In this document: positions 18,862 through 27,862 of the stretch, piece after piece
Layout of the letters: every line of letters starts with the position of its first letter
Position numbering within the stretch: position 1 is the first letter of the stretch
Made by a program: the position numbers and the translations under genes
The notes under the pieces: generated by a model
Seen by the model: the letters and a program-made list of their open reading frames with translations, nothing else
Database searches by the model: none
What the model was told of the DNA's origin: nothing
Source: an uncultured bacterium
Lineage (GTDB): Bacteria > Patescibacteriota > Minisyncoccia > Phycocordibacterales > PALSA-1337
Assembly (NCBI GenBank): GCA_963848635.1
Contig: CAWKEA010000005.1
Span: 175,341 to 239,340 of the forward strand
Direction: 5' to 3'
DNA: 64,000 nucleotides

Positions 18862-19755
18862 ATGACGCCCGCAGAAACCATGCATACCATATTCGAGCTT
18901 CGAAAAACCGAATGGCCGGAGCTTTTACTGCAGATGAACGACCCGCCGAAGCGTCTCTACTGCATCGGCCAACAGCCGGCGCGGAAAGCCATATATCTGA
19001 CAGTCATCGGCTCTCGCACGCCGACGGATTATGGGCGCGATTGCGTGCATCGTCTCGTAACAGGGCTCGCGGGATATCCGATCATCATAGTTTCTGGCCT
19101 TGCCGTCGGCATCGATGGACTCGCCCACGAAGCGGCGCTCGAAGCTGGTTTGAAGACAGTCTCCTTCCCAGGCTCCGGATTGAATTGGGACGCCATCTAT
19201 CCGTCCCAGCATCGTGCTTTGGCCGATAGAATAATCAGTGCTGGCGGATGCCTTTTATCTGAATTCAAACATGAGCAAATGGGCACATATTGGTCGTTTC
19301 CCCAGCGCAACCGCCTCATGGCAGGCATCTCTCAAGCCACGCTCATAATAGAGGGCAAGTTGAAGAGCGGGAGCCTCATCACCACAAAACAGGCTTTCGA
19401 CTACAATCGATCCGTTTTAGCGGTGCCGGGTTCCATCGACAACCCTCTTTCCGCTGGGCCAAACATGCTCTTGCATACGCCTTCGGCTCTGGCTGTCAGT
19501 TCCCCGAAAGAGATACTGGAGGAGCTCGGCTTCGAGGCAGACGAATCAGCGCCGAGCATTTCCCCCGAGCGGCTGGCGGCTCTCGATCCGCTTTCGCGCC
19601 GGATAGTCGAGGCCCTCGAAAACAGGCCGACGAACAAAGATGATCTTTGTCGCGATCTCGGCATGCCGATGACAGAGCTCAATCCGCTCATTTCTTTCCT
19701 TGAAATAGACGGCCTCGTGAGGACAAACGGGAACATGGTGAGGAGAGTCCGCTAG
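18862..19755 (+). CDS. dprA: DNA processing protein DprA/Smf
   Basis: 'VSGLAVGIDGLAHEAALEAG' and 'GSLITTKQAFDYNRSVLAVPGSIDNPLSAGPN' match the DprA Rossmann core. ATG chosen downstream of the -10. Confidence 0.85.
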   Translation: MTPAETMHTIFELRKTEWPELLLQMNDPPKRLYCIGQQPARKAIYLTVIGSRTPTDYGRDCVHRLVTGLAGYPIIIVSGLAVGIDGLAHEAALEAGLKTVSFPGSGLNWDAIYPSQHRALADRIISAGGCLLSEFKHEQMGTYWSFPQRNRLMAGISQATLIIEGKLKSGSLITTKQAFDYNRSVLAVPGSIDNPLSAGPNMLLHTPSALAVSSPKEILEELGFEADESAPSISPERLAALDPLSRRIVEALENRPTNKDDLCRDLGMPMTELNPLISFLEIDGLVRTNGNMVRRVR

Positions 19756-19834
19756 AATTTTCAGACGATTTTTTTGCCGCCTGATTTGCCAAACAATCCG
19801 TCATCGTGCAATACTTACGCGCACAACTATATAT

Positions 19835-22165
19835 ATGAAGCTCGTCATCGTCGAAAGCCCGTCGAAAGCGAAAACGATCTCGAAATATCTCGGGAAGGAT
19901 TTTCGTGTGCTTGCATCCGTCGGCCATGTGCGCGACTTGCCAAAATCCAACAAGAAAGCCATCGACATCGAAAACGGCTTCGTGCCGCATTATGAAGTCG
20001 TGGCAAAGAAAGCCGACATCATCGCCGACATACGGAAAGAAGCGGCAAAAGCAGACGAGATCCTCATCGCTACCGACCCTGACCGTGAAGGCGAGGCCAT
20101 CGCATGGCACTTGCAGGAACTGCTGACGAATAAAAAAATCGGTGGCACAGTGCCAAAGAGTGAGATCAAGCGCATCACGTACCACGAAGTGACGAAAGAG
20201 GCCGTCGAAGAAGCTTTGAAGCATCCGCGCGCCATCGATGAGCACCTGCGCGAGGCACAGGAAGCGCGACGCGTGCTCGACCGGCTCGTCGGCTATGACT
20301 TGTCAGGCCTGATCTGGAAAAAAGTCCGCTACGGCCTCTCTGCGGGGCGCGTCCAATCGCCCGCTCTGCGCATCATCATGGAGCGCGAGCGCGAGATACG
20401 AGCCTTCAGACCGGAGGGCTATTGGACGATTGTCGGCAATTTCAAAACAGTTGGCAAGTCGAATCTGGCCCTGACCTGCGTCGAGGAACCCCGCGACAAA
20501 ACAGAGGTCGATCGAATACTTGATATCGCACGCCTGAATCCTTGGAAAATTTTAGACATAGAAGAGAGCGAACAGAAGCGCCAGCCGCGCGCGCCCTTCA
20601 TCACGTCCACCCTGCAACAGACCGCCAGCTCGCGGCTCGGCTTCTCGCCTTCTCGCACTATGGGCATCGCCCAAAAATTGTACGAGGCCGGATATATCAC
20701 CTATATGCGCACGGATTCGACGAACTTGAGCCAACAGGCTCTCGGAGCGATCGCGACGACCGTGGAAAAGATGTACGGAAAAGAATACCTCCAGTTCCGC
20801 ACGTACTCCGCAAAGAGCAAGAATGCCCAGGAAGCGCACGAGGCCATCCGTCCATCTCATTTCGAAAAAGAATCAGCGGGCGCTAACGATGAGCAGAAAA
20901 GACTCTATCGGCTCATCTGGGCCCGCACCGTCACTTCGCAGATGACCGATGCGCGCGTGGCAAGGACAAAGATAGTGGCGAATGTGGAGGGAGTCAACAA
21001 AGGGCACAAGGCAAAGGGTAAAAGTGAGGAGACAAAAAGCGAAGCGATCGGAAGAGATCGAGGGGATATCCCCAACTTCACCGCCACCGGCTCACGCATC
21101 ATCTATGACGGCTGGCTCAGGGCCGACCCAGAATCGACCGGCGAAGAGGTCAATCTGCCGAAATGCGCAAAGGACGAGAAGCTCGATCTGGTCTCGATCG
21201 ATTCAGAGGCCAAACAAACCCAGCCGCCAGCCCGCTACACAGAAGCAGGCCTCATCAAAGAGCTCGAAAAGCGCGGCATAGGACGTCCTTCGACGTATGC
21301 TTCGATCACACGGACGATCGAGGAGCGCGGCTATGTCGAAAAAGAGGGGCGCTCGCTCAAGCCGACCGATACCGGCGACGTCGTCTCTTCTTTTCTTGAA
21401 GAGAATTTCCCTTCGTACATCAGCGACACGTTCACCGCGGAAATGGAGAACGAGCTCGATGAGATCGCCACAGGCGAACGCACGTATCTTAAGACCTTGT
21501 CCGATTTTTACGGTCCTTTCAACAAAGAAGTCAAGGCAAAGGACAAGCTCGCAAAAGCTACGAACCTCGGACACGCCGATCCGAAATTCAAATGCCCGAA
21601 ATGCGGCAGTCCGATGGAGATAAAGCTCGGCCGCGGCGGCAAATTCTTGTCCTGCTCGCGCTATCCCGATTGCGATGGAGCCCTTTCTATCGACGGCATG
21701 GAATACAAAAAAGACGAACCGATCGGCACGGATCCGACGACTGGCCTGCCGATCTTCGTGTTGAATGGACGATTCGGCCCCTATGTCCAGCTCGGCGTCA
21801 AATTGCCAAAGGAAAAGAAGACAAAGAAGCCAAGAAAAACGAAACGTGCAAAAGAAGCTTCTGCGCCAGCGCCTGCAAAGCCGCGAATGGCCTCGATCCC
21901 AAAGACCGTCGATCCATCCAAGGTTACCGTGGCAGAAGCCTTGAGATATCTTTCCTTGCCGCGCATCCTCGGAACCGATCCCTCGACTGGCAAAGAGATA
22001 AAAGTCTCCATCGGCAGATTCGGGCCGTATGTCGTGCGCGACAACGATTTCCGTTCCATCAAGCCGCCGGAAAATCCCTACGACATAACCCTTGAAATAG
22101 CCCTCGAGCTTCTCGCACAAGAGAAAAAACAGCGCGGTTTCGCAAAGAAAAAGAAGGCTGAATGA
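19835..22165 (+). CDS. topA: DNA topoisomerase I
   Basis: 'MKLVIVESPSKAKTISKYLG' Toprim, active-site region, C-terminal C4 zinc ribbons 'CPKCGSPM'. Carries the 24-nt repeat agcgaagcgatcggaagagatcga in frame at ~21036. Confidence 0.9.
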   Translation: MKLVIVESPSKAKTISKYLGKDFRVLASVGHVRDLPKSNKKAIDIENGFVPHYEVVAKKADIIADIRKEAAKADEILIATDPDREGEAIAWHLQELLTNKKIGGTVPKSEIKRITYHEVTKEAVEEALKHPRAIDEHLREAQEARRVLDRLVGYDLSGLIWKKVRYGLSAGRVQSPALRIIMEREREIRAFRPEGYWTIVGNFKTVGKSNLALTCVEEPRDKTEVDRILDIARLNPWKILDIEESEQKRQPRAPFITSTLQQTASSRLGFSPSRTMGIAQKLYEAGYITYMRTDSTNLSQQALGAIATTVEKMYGKEYLQFRTYSAKSKNAQEAHEAIRPSHFEKESAGANDEQKRLYRLIWARTVTSQMTDARVARTKIVANVEGVNKGHKAKGKSEETKSEAIGRDRGDIPNFTATGSRIIYDGWLRADPESTGEEVNLPKCAKDEKLDLVSIDSEAKQTQPPARYTEAGLIKELEKRGIGRPSTYASITRTIEERGYVEKEGRSLKPTDTGDVVSSFLEENFPSYISDTFTAEMENELDEIATGERTYLKTLSDFYGPFNKEVKAKDKLAKATNLGHADPKFKCPKCGSPMEIKLGRGGKFLSCSRYPDCDGALSIDGMEYKKDEPIGTDPTTGLPIFVLNGRFGPYVQLGVKLPKEKKTKKPRKTKRAKEASAPAPAKPRMASIPKTVDPSKVTVAEALRYLSLPRILGTDPSTGKEIKVSIGRFGPYVVRDNDFRSIKPPENPYDITLEIALELLAQEKKQRGFAKKKKAE

Positions 22166-22238
22166 ATTACTCTCACCGCACGCGGTGAGAAATTGTATCG
22201 ATTGAAAGCCTCTGGTGCGACAGAATTTTAGCGCGAGA

Positions 22239-23213
22239 TTATAACGAAAAATCTTTCAGGGAGTACAGATCTGAATTGTCATCCTTGTCCTTTTCTTCGG
22301 GCGAACGGTCGTCTATCGGCGCGGAATCTGCTTGGAGAACAGCATTTCCAGGAGCATGCAGAGACTCCGCGGCGCCCCCTTTGCCCTTGTTCAAAAGCTC
22401 GAGTATGCCCCGCACATCGGCATTCGAGAAGAAGTCGATCATGATCTTGCCGCCCTTCTCCCTTTTTTCAATATAGACCTTTGTGCCGAGCGATCCTGCA
22501 AGCATATTCTCGAGCTCCTCGAGCTCCGGATCGTTCTTGTCTTTCTTGCGGGCACGGTCCTGGGCGATGCGGCGAGCGAACATCTCGGCTTCGCGCACAT
22601 TTATCTTGTTCGTCTGGATCTCCTTGAAGAGGACCATCTGCTCTTCGGGCCTGTCGACGAGCATGAGGAGTGGCCTCGTGTGGCCTTCCGACATCTTGCC
22701 CGCCGAGACAGCGTCGAGCATCTCCGCGGGCAACGCCAGGATGCGCAAGGTGTTCGAGACATATTCGCGGCTCTTGCCTATCTTTTCGGCGACTTGGACA
22801 TGCTTCATGCCGAATTCTTTTATCAGACGGTCAAAGGCTCGCGCGCGGTCGACGGCGTTGATGTCCTCGCGCTGGAGGTTCTCGATGATGGCGAGCTCGA
22901 GCTTGATCCTGTCTGAATCTTCGGAGGTGCGGACAAGCGCCGGAACGCGGGCGAGACCGGCGATCTTTGAAGCGCGCAGGCGGCGCTCACCTGAAATCAA
23001 TTCATAGCTGACAATAAGCCCGTCCTCATGCGGCGTCTCCTGGCGCGTGACGACGAGCGGCTGGAGGATTCCGTACATGCGTATCGATTCGGAAAGGTCT
23101 TTCAGTTTGGCCTCATCGAATTCGCGGCGCGGCTGGAAAGGATTCGGCTGGATCTTTTCGACTTCTATCCAAAAGATAGAGTCGGCGAAGTACTTGTTCT
23201 GGGGGTTTTGCAT
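22239..23213 (-). CDS. parB: Chromosome partitioning protein ParB/Spo0J
   Basis: 'ELISGERRLRASKIAGLARVPALV' ParB box II. HTH 'HVQVAEKIGKSREYVSNTLRIL'. Confidence 0.85.
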   Translation of the reverse strand: MQNPQNKYFADSIFWIEVEKIQPNPFQPRREFDEAKLKDLSESIRMYGILQPLVVTRQETPHEDGLIVSYELISGERRLRASKIAGLARVPALVRTSEDSDRIKLELAIIENLQREDINAVDRARAFDRLIKEFGMKHVQVAEKIGKSREYVSNTLRILALPAEMLDAVSAGKMSEGHTRPLLMLVDRPEEQMVLFKEIQTNKINVREAEMFARRIAQDRARKKDKNDPELEELENMLAGSLGTKVYIEKREKGGKIMIDFFSNADVRGILELLNKGKGGAAESLHAPGNAVLQADSAPIDDRSPEEKDKDDNSDLYSLKDFSL

Positions 23214-23369
23214 GGTATGATTATATCAAAGGACATTGATTATGAACAATGAAAAGAAAAAGACGGTGAAAATCATGTTGCCGCCTCCTAAAAAAGGCAG
23301 ACAATTGAACATTGGGTTTACGTTATGGAAGCATAATGTAATCAATCCTCAAATCAAAGGACAACGTTT

Positions 23370-23507
23370 ATGAAAAGGAAAATCACATTTCTGTGTTTGA
23401 TCAATCCGGTTCGCAAGCCTTGGTGGGTTCCTCTCGCCATACTTGCTTCCAGTATAATTATAAGCACAATACTCACTCTTGTGCCGTCACCTCATTGGTT
23501 CAGATAA
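23370..23507 (+). CDS. Possible 45-aa small membrane protein
   Basis: AAAGGA 9 nt upstream of the ATG. Single TM helix. Terminator follows. Low confidence. Confidence 0.3.
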   Translation: MKRKITFLCLINPVRKPWWVPLAILASSIIISTILTLVPSPHWFR

Positions 23508-23523
23508 GCGAGAAAAATTCAAA

Positions 23524-23549
23524 GCCGCACCCACTGTGCGGCCTTTTTC
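23524..23549 (+). terminator. Rho-independent terminator (GCCGCAC-ccact-GTGCGGC + TTTTT)
   Basis: 7-bp stem plus T5, read directly. Confidence 0.55.
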
Positions 23550-23595
23550 TTGATTTTCTTGCAAAAAAAGACTATCCTTGAACGGTCAAGCAAGC

Positions 23596-23677
23596 GCCGG
23601 GATGGCGGAATTGGTAGACGCACACGACTCAAAATCGTGCGGAGCAATCCATGGGAGTTCGATTCTCCCTCCCGGCA
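23596..23677 (+). tRNA. tRNA-Leu(CAA)
   Basis: Manual fold: acceptor GCCGGGA/TCCCGGC, anticodon stem CACGA/TCGTG, loop CTCAAAA, long variable arm. CCA not encoded. Confidence 0.85.
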
Positions 23678-23999
23678 CATTATTTAACCACATACAGAGC
23701 ATTGCATAGCAATGCGGAGCGAGAATCGAAAGCCGGAGCAATGTTCCGAGCAGCAGCGAGGAACTGCGAGGCGTGGTCACGGAAATTTTCGAGCGACGGC
23801 GAGAAAATTATCTGTGACCGATTCTCCCTCCCGGCACATTGTTTAACCACATACAGAGCATTGCATAGCAATGCGGAGCGAGAATCGAAAGCCGGAGCAA
23901 TGTTCCGAGCAGCAGCGAGGAACTGCGAGGCGTGGTCACGGAAATTTTCGAGCGACGGCGAGAAAATTATCTGTGACCGATTCTCCCTCCCGGCACAAT
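23661..23999 (+). repeat. Two tandem 160-bp units, each ending in the 19-bp tRNA-Leu 3' end (gattctccctcccggcaca), plus a diverged third start
   Basis: Units at 23680-23839 and 23840-23999 are near-identical. The listed ORF 23651-24025 is just translation of this repeat. Confidence 0.85.
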
Positions 24000-24458
24000 A
24001 TATGACCACATACAGAGCATTGTGATGACGACACGGCAAGATGATCGAAAGTCGGAACACGCCAGGCCAAGCACGACGAGCCTGCGAGACAAGCGATCGG
24101 ATAAACAAAAAAGAATAAACTCTGGAAAAATTCCGAGCGGCAGTGACACAGCAAAAACCGCCCGAAGCCCTCGGGCAGTTTTTGAGCGGATCACTTTTTG
24201 ACGGCGCATCCACAGCTACATGTTCCGTCTTTTTCCTTGTGCTCGTGGCCGCAGGTTGGGCATGTTTTCATATGATATATAAAATTGCCTGATAAATTCG
24301 ACCCCGTGACGGCAGGCAGACGCTATAATACGGGTATGCCGATTAAAGCGATGCTCGACAACGTGATAAAAAAATTGCGTTGTATTGTTCAACGGCACGG
24401 TCAAAATGCATTGAAAAGAAAAACCGCCATGCGACGCACAGCGGCTGATATTTTGAAA

Positions 24459-24531
24459 GTGGACCCTACAGGTCTCGAACCTGCCACCTCCTCATTGCAA
24501 ATGAGGCGCTCTACCAGATGAGCTAAGGGCC
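24459..24531 (-). tRNA. tRNA-Ala(TGC)
   Basis: Manual fold on the reverse strand: acceptor GGGCCCT with the G3:U70 pair, anticodon loop TTTGCAA, T-arm GCAGG/CCTGT. Confidence 0.85.
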
Positions 24532-24620
24532 CTTTTATCGCAGACAGTACAGCTTACCTTGAAACGGCTATTTCTTCAAATTTTTTGGCGTCTTATCGAT
24601 AAACGACTGCTTTTACTGAA

Positions 24621-25640
24621 CTAAGCGACTGTTAAATCGATCAGGTGTTCGACAAGCTCCTTGACGGACGAACCGACTGCATTGAGCGCCTTTGGCACCA
24701 GCGATCCATCGGTCAGTCCCGGCAAAGAATTGGTTTCGAGCACGAAAATGCCGCGGCGGGGCGAGACGATGAAATCGGAGCGCGAATACTGCGAGAGCCC
24801 GAGGGCTGTATGCGCGATGATGGCGAGGCGCTCGAGCTCTTTTTTAATTGAAGAGGAAAACGTCGCAGGAACGATCTCTTGCGCCGCTTGACGAACGACT
24901 GCAGAAGCATCTTGTACGGATACATCGTTCTCGCCGCCATATTTATCGACATAGCCGAAGATATGCCCCTCGCTTTTGCGTATCTCGATCGGCGGCAAGG
25001 CATACATATCCTGGCCGCGGAAGCCTTTGATGACGCCGACGGTCGCTTCGATGCCGGGAATGAATTCTTCTATGATGACCGAGCCATGCTTTTTAAGAAT
25101 ATCTCTCAAGGCGCCCGCGAACTCCGCCCTGTCCGTCACGAGCGCGACGCCGAGAGACGAGCCTCCAGAAGCTGGCTTGATGACATAGGGCAAGGAGAAC
25201 TTTGAATGGACAAGAGCGAGAATCTTAGCAATATCGGGTTCTTTATCATCCGCCTTTTGAACGAGAACATGCAGAGGTGTTTTCAAACCTTCGCGCCGAT
25301 AGACTTCTTTGGCGACGTGCTTGGCCATCGTCATGGCAGATGAAAGCGAATCAGAACCGGTAAAAGGGATGCCGTGCGTCTCGAATAACTGCTGTATCTT
25401 GCCGTCTTCGCCATACGATCCGTGCAAAGCGTTGAAAACAGCATCGGCTCGCCGCAAAGCTGAATATGGCTTCACTTCAACGCCTTGAATATGCCAAGCA
25501 CCGCTCTTCGATATGTGGATATCCAATGGATCATACTTTTCCTTGTTTAAAGCGAGGAGCACTGCCGTGCCGGTTTTGAGCGATATATCATATTCGTCGC
25601 TCGGGCCGCCGCGCACCACGCCGATTCGAGTCTTTGTCAT
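24621..25640 (-). CDS. ddl: D-alanine--D-alanine ligase
   Basis: 'RIGVVRGGPSDEYDISL', ATP-grasp 'EEFIPGIEATVGVI', C-terminal 'LETNSLPGLT'. Confidence 0.9.
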   Translation of the reverse strand: MTKTRIGVVRGGPSDEYDISLKTGTAVLLALNKEKYDPLDIHISKSGAWHIQGVEVKPYSALRRADAVFNALHGSYGEDGKIQQLFETHGIPFTGSDSLSSAMTMAKHVAKEVYRREGLKTPLHVLVQKADDKEPDIAKILALVHSKFSLPYVIKPASGGSSLGVALVTDRAEFAGALRDILKKHGSVIIEEFIPGIEATVGVIKGFRGQDMYALPPIEIRKSEGHIFGYVDKYGGENDVSVQDASAVVRQAAQEIVPATFSSSIKKELERLAIIAHTALGLSQYSRSDFIVSPRRGIFVLETNSLPGLTDGSLVPKALNAVGSSVKELVEHLIDLTVA

Positions 25641-25800
25641 GCGATAATTGTAGCAATTTTCTGAACAATTAAAAAGGCGATCTTTAAAAAGAGGCTGATA
25701 TCTGCAAAAACTTCTAAAAAGGAAAAGATACGAATTGTGTCCGACCCACCTTGCACTGCCTCATTTTGGTGATAATTCTAGTTGCGATTTAATCGCATCT

Positions 25801-25860
25801 AGATTGCGAATGTTAGCCGTGTAATTAAAAACAGTTGCGACTGAGTCGCAACTAAAAATA
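25801..25860. repeat. Palindrome-bearing element gttagcc..AGTTGCGACTGAGTCGCAACT, homologous to 36601-36660
   Basis: Perfect 10-bp arms here. The copy at 36575-36660 has the same layout and is also followed by a CCCCG..CGGGG hairpin. Confidence 0.6.
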
Positions 25861-25958
25861 ATCGAAAAACAACCTCCTCCCCGCAGTTCCTGCGGGGTTT
25901 CCTGGAAAAGAAAAACCGCCCGACACATATGAGTGTAGGGCGGCGTCGAGATTGTGCG

Positions 25959-26366
25959 CTAGCGCTTATTTGCGACGTGAACGAAGTAGCCGTTCGTTAT
26001 AGACAGCTCTCGAGCAGCTTTTATGATGACCCAGCTATCAGACCAATTGCCGTAACTGCCATCCATATACGTATAAACGTTGACGATCGGTTGGTTCGTA
26101 GCTGTCTCGTTCTGGATGAACGATGAGAGCTCGCCATTTGCATTCGTGTGTGCGTCGCTGATGTAATACCACCCGTCTGTCAGATGGACAGGTTCACTTG
26201 AGTTGATCCCCTTTTCGGCGATGACGTGAAGCATGGCAGTCAAAGGATCTCCAGCTGTCAGCTGTGCCTCTTCGACATGAGGAATCAGTAAGGCGGCAGT
26301 TATTGAGATTAAGGCAATCACGATCAACAATTCGCTAAATGAGAATCCGCCATTTTTCGTCTTCAT
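25959..26366 (-). CDS. Type IV pilin-like protein (prepilin N-terminal methylation motif)
   Basis: 'GGFSFSELLIVIALISITAALLIP' is a class III signal plus a hydrophobic pilin helix. Confidence 0.7.
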   Translation of the reverse strand: MKTKNGGFSFSELLIVIALISITAALLIPHVEEAQLTAGDPLTAMLHVIAEKGINSSEPVHLTDGWYYISDAHTNANGELSSFIQNETATNQPIVNVYTYMDGSYGNWSDSWVIIKAARELSITNGYFVHVANKR

Positions 26367-26498
26367 AAGTTCCTTTCAATGTTCGTGTCATTCGAAGCTC
26401 TGTTGAGCGGTTGGAGGTGGAGTGACGCACCTTTACTTTAACTTATAATATAATACATATTCATAGTATATATGTCAAGATGCCGTCAATTTCGATTT

Positions 26499-27860
26499 TC
26501 ATTTTAAAAAATTCCTCTTACGAAGGTTCTTGTGATAGAGAACGGCAAAACGATGCGCTTCGCTGTTGGCAAGGATGATCGCGCGTTTGTAGCCAGCGAG
26601 CAGAGCCGGATTCTTGGCAGTCAACGATTCATCGGCAAGGATGCCGCGTGCCTTATGCTTGTCGTCCTTGACCAAGGCGACCGCCATGATGTCTGATTTG
26701 AGCTCCGACAGGACTTTCTGGGCAACATTGAGCTGGATCTGGCCTCCATCGACGACGATAAGCGACGGGTACGGCCACTCTGGATGGCCGAGGCGGCGCA
26801 AGAGCACTTCGCGGAGGGCCGCCGCGTCGTCGTTCTTTTCCTTTGATATCTTGAACTTCCGATACTCATTCTTGTTCGGCTCGCCTCCTTCGACAACCGT
26901 CATGACGCCGACGACGTTCTTGCCGGAGAGATGCGCGATATCGTAGGCTTCGATGCGGAACCGGCCGTGATTGCCCGCCAAACCTGCAGTCCTGTCGTCT
27001 TTTATGAGAGCGACATCCTCGATGTGCTCGAGCGCGTAAATAGTATGTTTGACCTTGTCTGCCTTCTCGAATTCCTGATCTTTTGCGTGCGCCATCATCT
27101 CCTTTTTCAGATTTTTGACGATCATCGCCTTCTTGCCGTCGAGAAACAGCCTGATATTCTTGATCGTCTTTAGATACTCGTCGTGCGAAGCAGAGCCGCC
27201 AAGGATGGGAGAAAGGCCGATCGAAGCATAGAACGAGCGATGCTTGGGGTCGAGGGACTTCTCGTCGAGATAGGGAAAGATGCGGCGGATGATCTTGAGG
27301 GCGTCGCGCAAAAGACCACCTGCGGGATAGGGGCCGAAGACCTTTGGCCTAAGGTTCGAGCTTCGCGACGGAAGAGTCTCAGGAGCACGAACAATTTCCT
27401 GCTGGAAATTTTCTCCCACTCGCGCCGTCGAGGCTCTAAGGCTCCTTCGATCTCTTCCGATCGCTTCGCTCTCAACTTTTCTTGATTTCTCAAGGTTCCT
27501 TCCCCGTTCAACGATCACGCGCGGCCATTCTTCGCCGGTGATGACGATATAGTTCCAGCTTTTGTCGTCTTTCTCGTCGGTGTTGTACTTCGGCTGGTAT
27601 TTCTTTATCAGATTGGCTTCAAGGATTATCGCCTCGAGGACAGAATCGGTCTTTTCAAAAGCGACTGTTTTGGCGCGCGTGACCATATCGACGATGCGCG
27701 ACCCGCGGGTGCTTATGACGTCGTCGCTGAAATAGCTCCGGACACGGCTGCGCAATGACGTGGCGCGGCCGATATACAGAGTCCTTCCTTTTGAATCCTT
27801 GAAGAAATAGACGCCCGGGACATCGGGCAGATTCAGTTTTCGCAATCCTCGGATTTTCAT
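26499..27860 (-). CDS. uvrC: Excinuclease ABC subunit C (short form: GIY-YIG plus RNase H-like domain, no HhH)
   Basis: 'GVYFFKDSKGRTLYIGRATSLRSRVRSY' GIY-YIG, 'EAYDIAHLSG' nuclease motif. In-frame insertion 'ESEAIGRDRRSL...' shares a 24-nt repeat with topA. Confidence 0.85.
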   Translation of the reverse strand: MKIRGLRKLNLPDVPGVYFFKDSKGRTLYIGRATSLRSRVRSYFSDDVISTRGSRIVDMVTRAKTVAFEKTDSVLEAIILEANLIKKYQPKYNTDEKDDKSWNYIVITGEEWPRVIVERGRNLEKSRKVESEAIGRDRRSLRASTARVGENFQQEIVRAPETLPSRSSNLRPKVFGPYPAGGLLRDALKIIRRIFPYLDEKSLDPKHRSFYASIGLSPILGGSASHDEYLKTIKNIRLFLDGKKAMIVKNLKKEMMAHAKDQEFEKADKVKHTIYALEHIEDVALIKDDRTAGLAGNHGRFRIEAYDIAHLSGKNVVGVMTVVEGGEPNKNEYRKFKISKEKNDDAAALREVLLRRLGHPEWPYPSLIVVDGGQIQLNVAQKVLSELKSDIMAVALVKDDKHKARGILADESLTAKNPALLAGYKRAIILANSEAHRFAVLYHKNLRKRNFLK

Positions 27861-27862
27861 GG

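Noticed and set aside
23661-23999. Possible CRISPR array (regular direct repeats)
   Set aside because: Units are 160 bp with identical 141-bp fills and no variable spacers. The repeat is the tRNA 3' end, and there are no cas genes in the window.
23651-24025. 124-aa ORF with an internally repeated protein sequence
   Set aside because: It is the translation of the 160-bp tandem DNA repeat that follows tRNA-Leu. No start context and it overlaps the tRNA.
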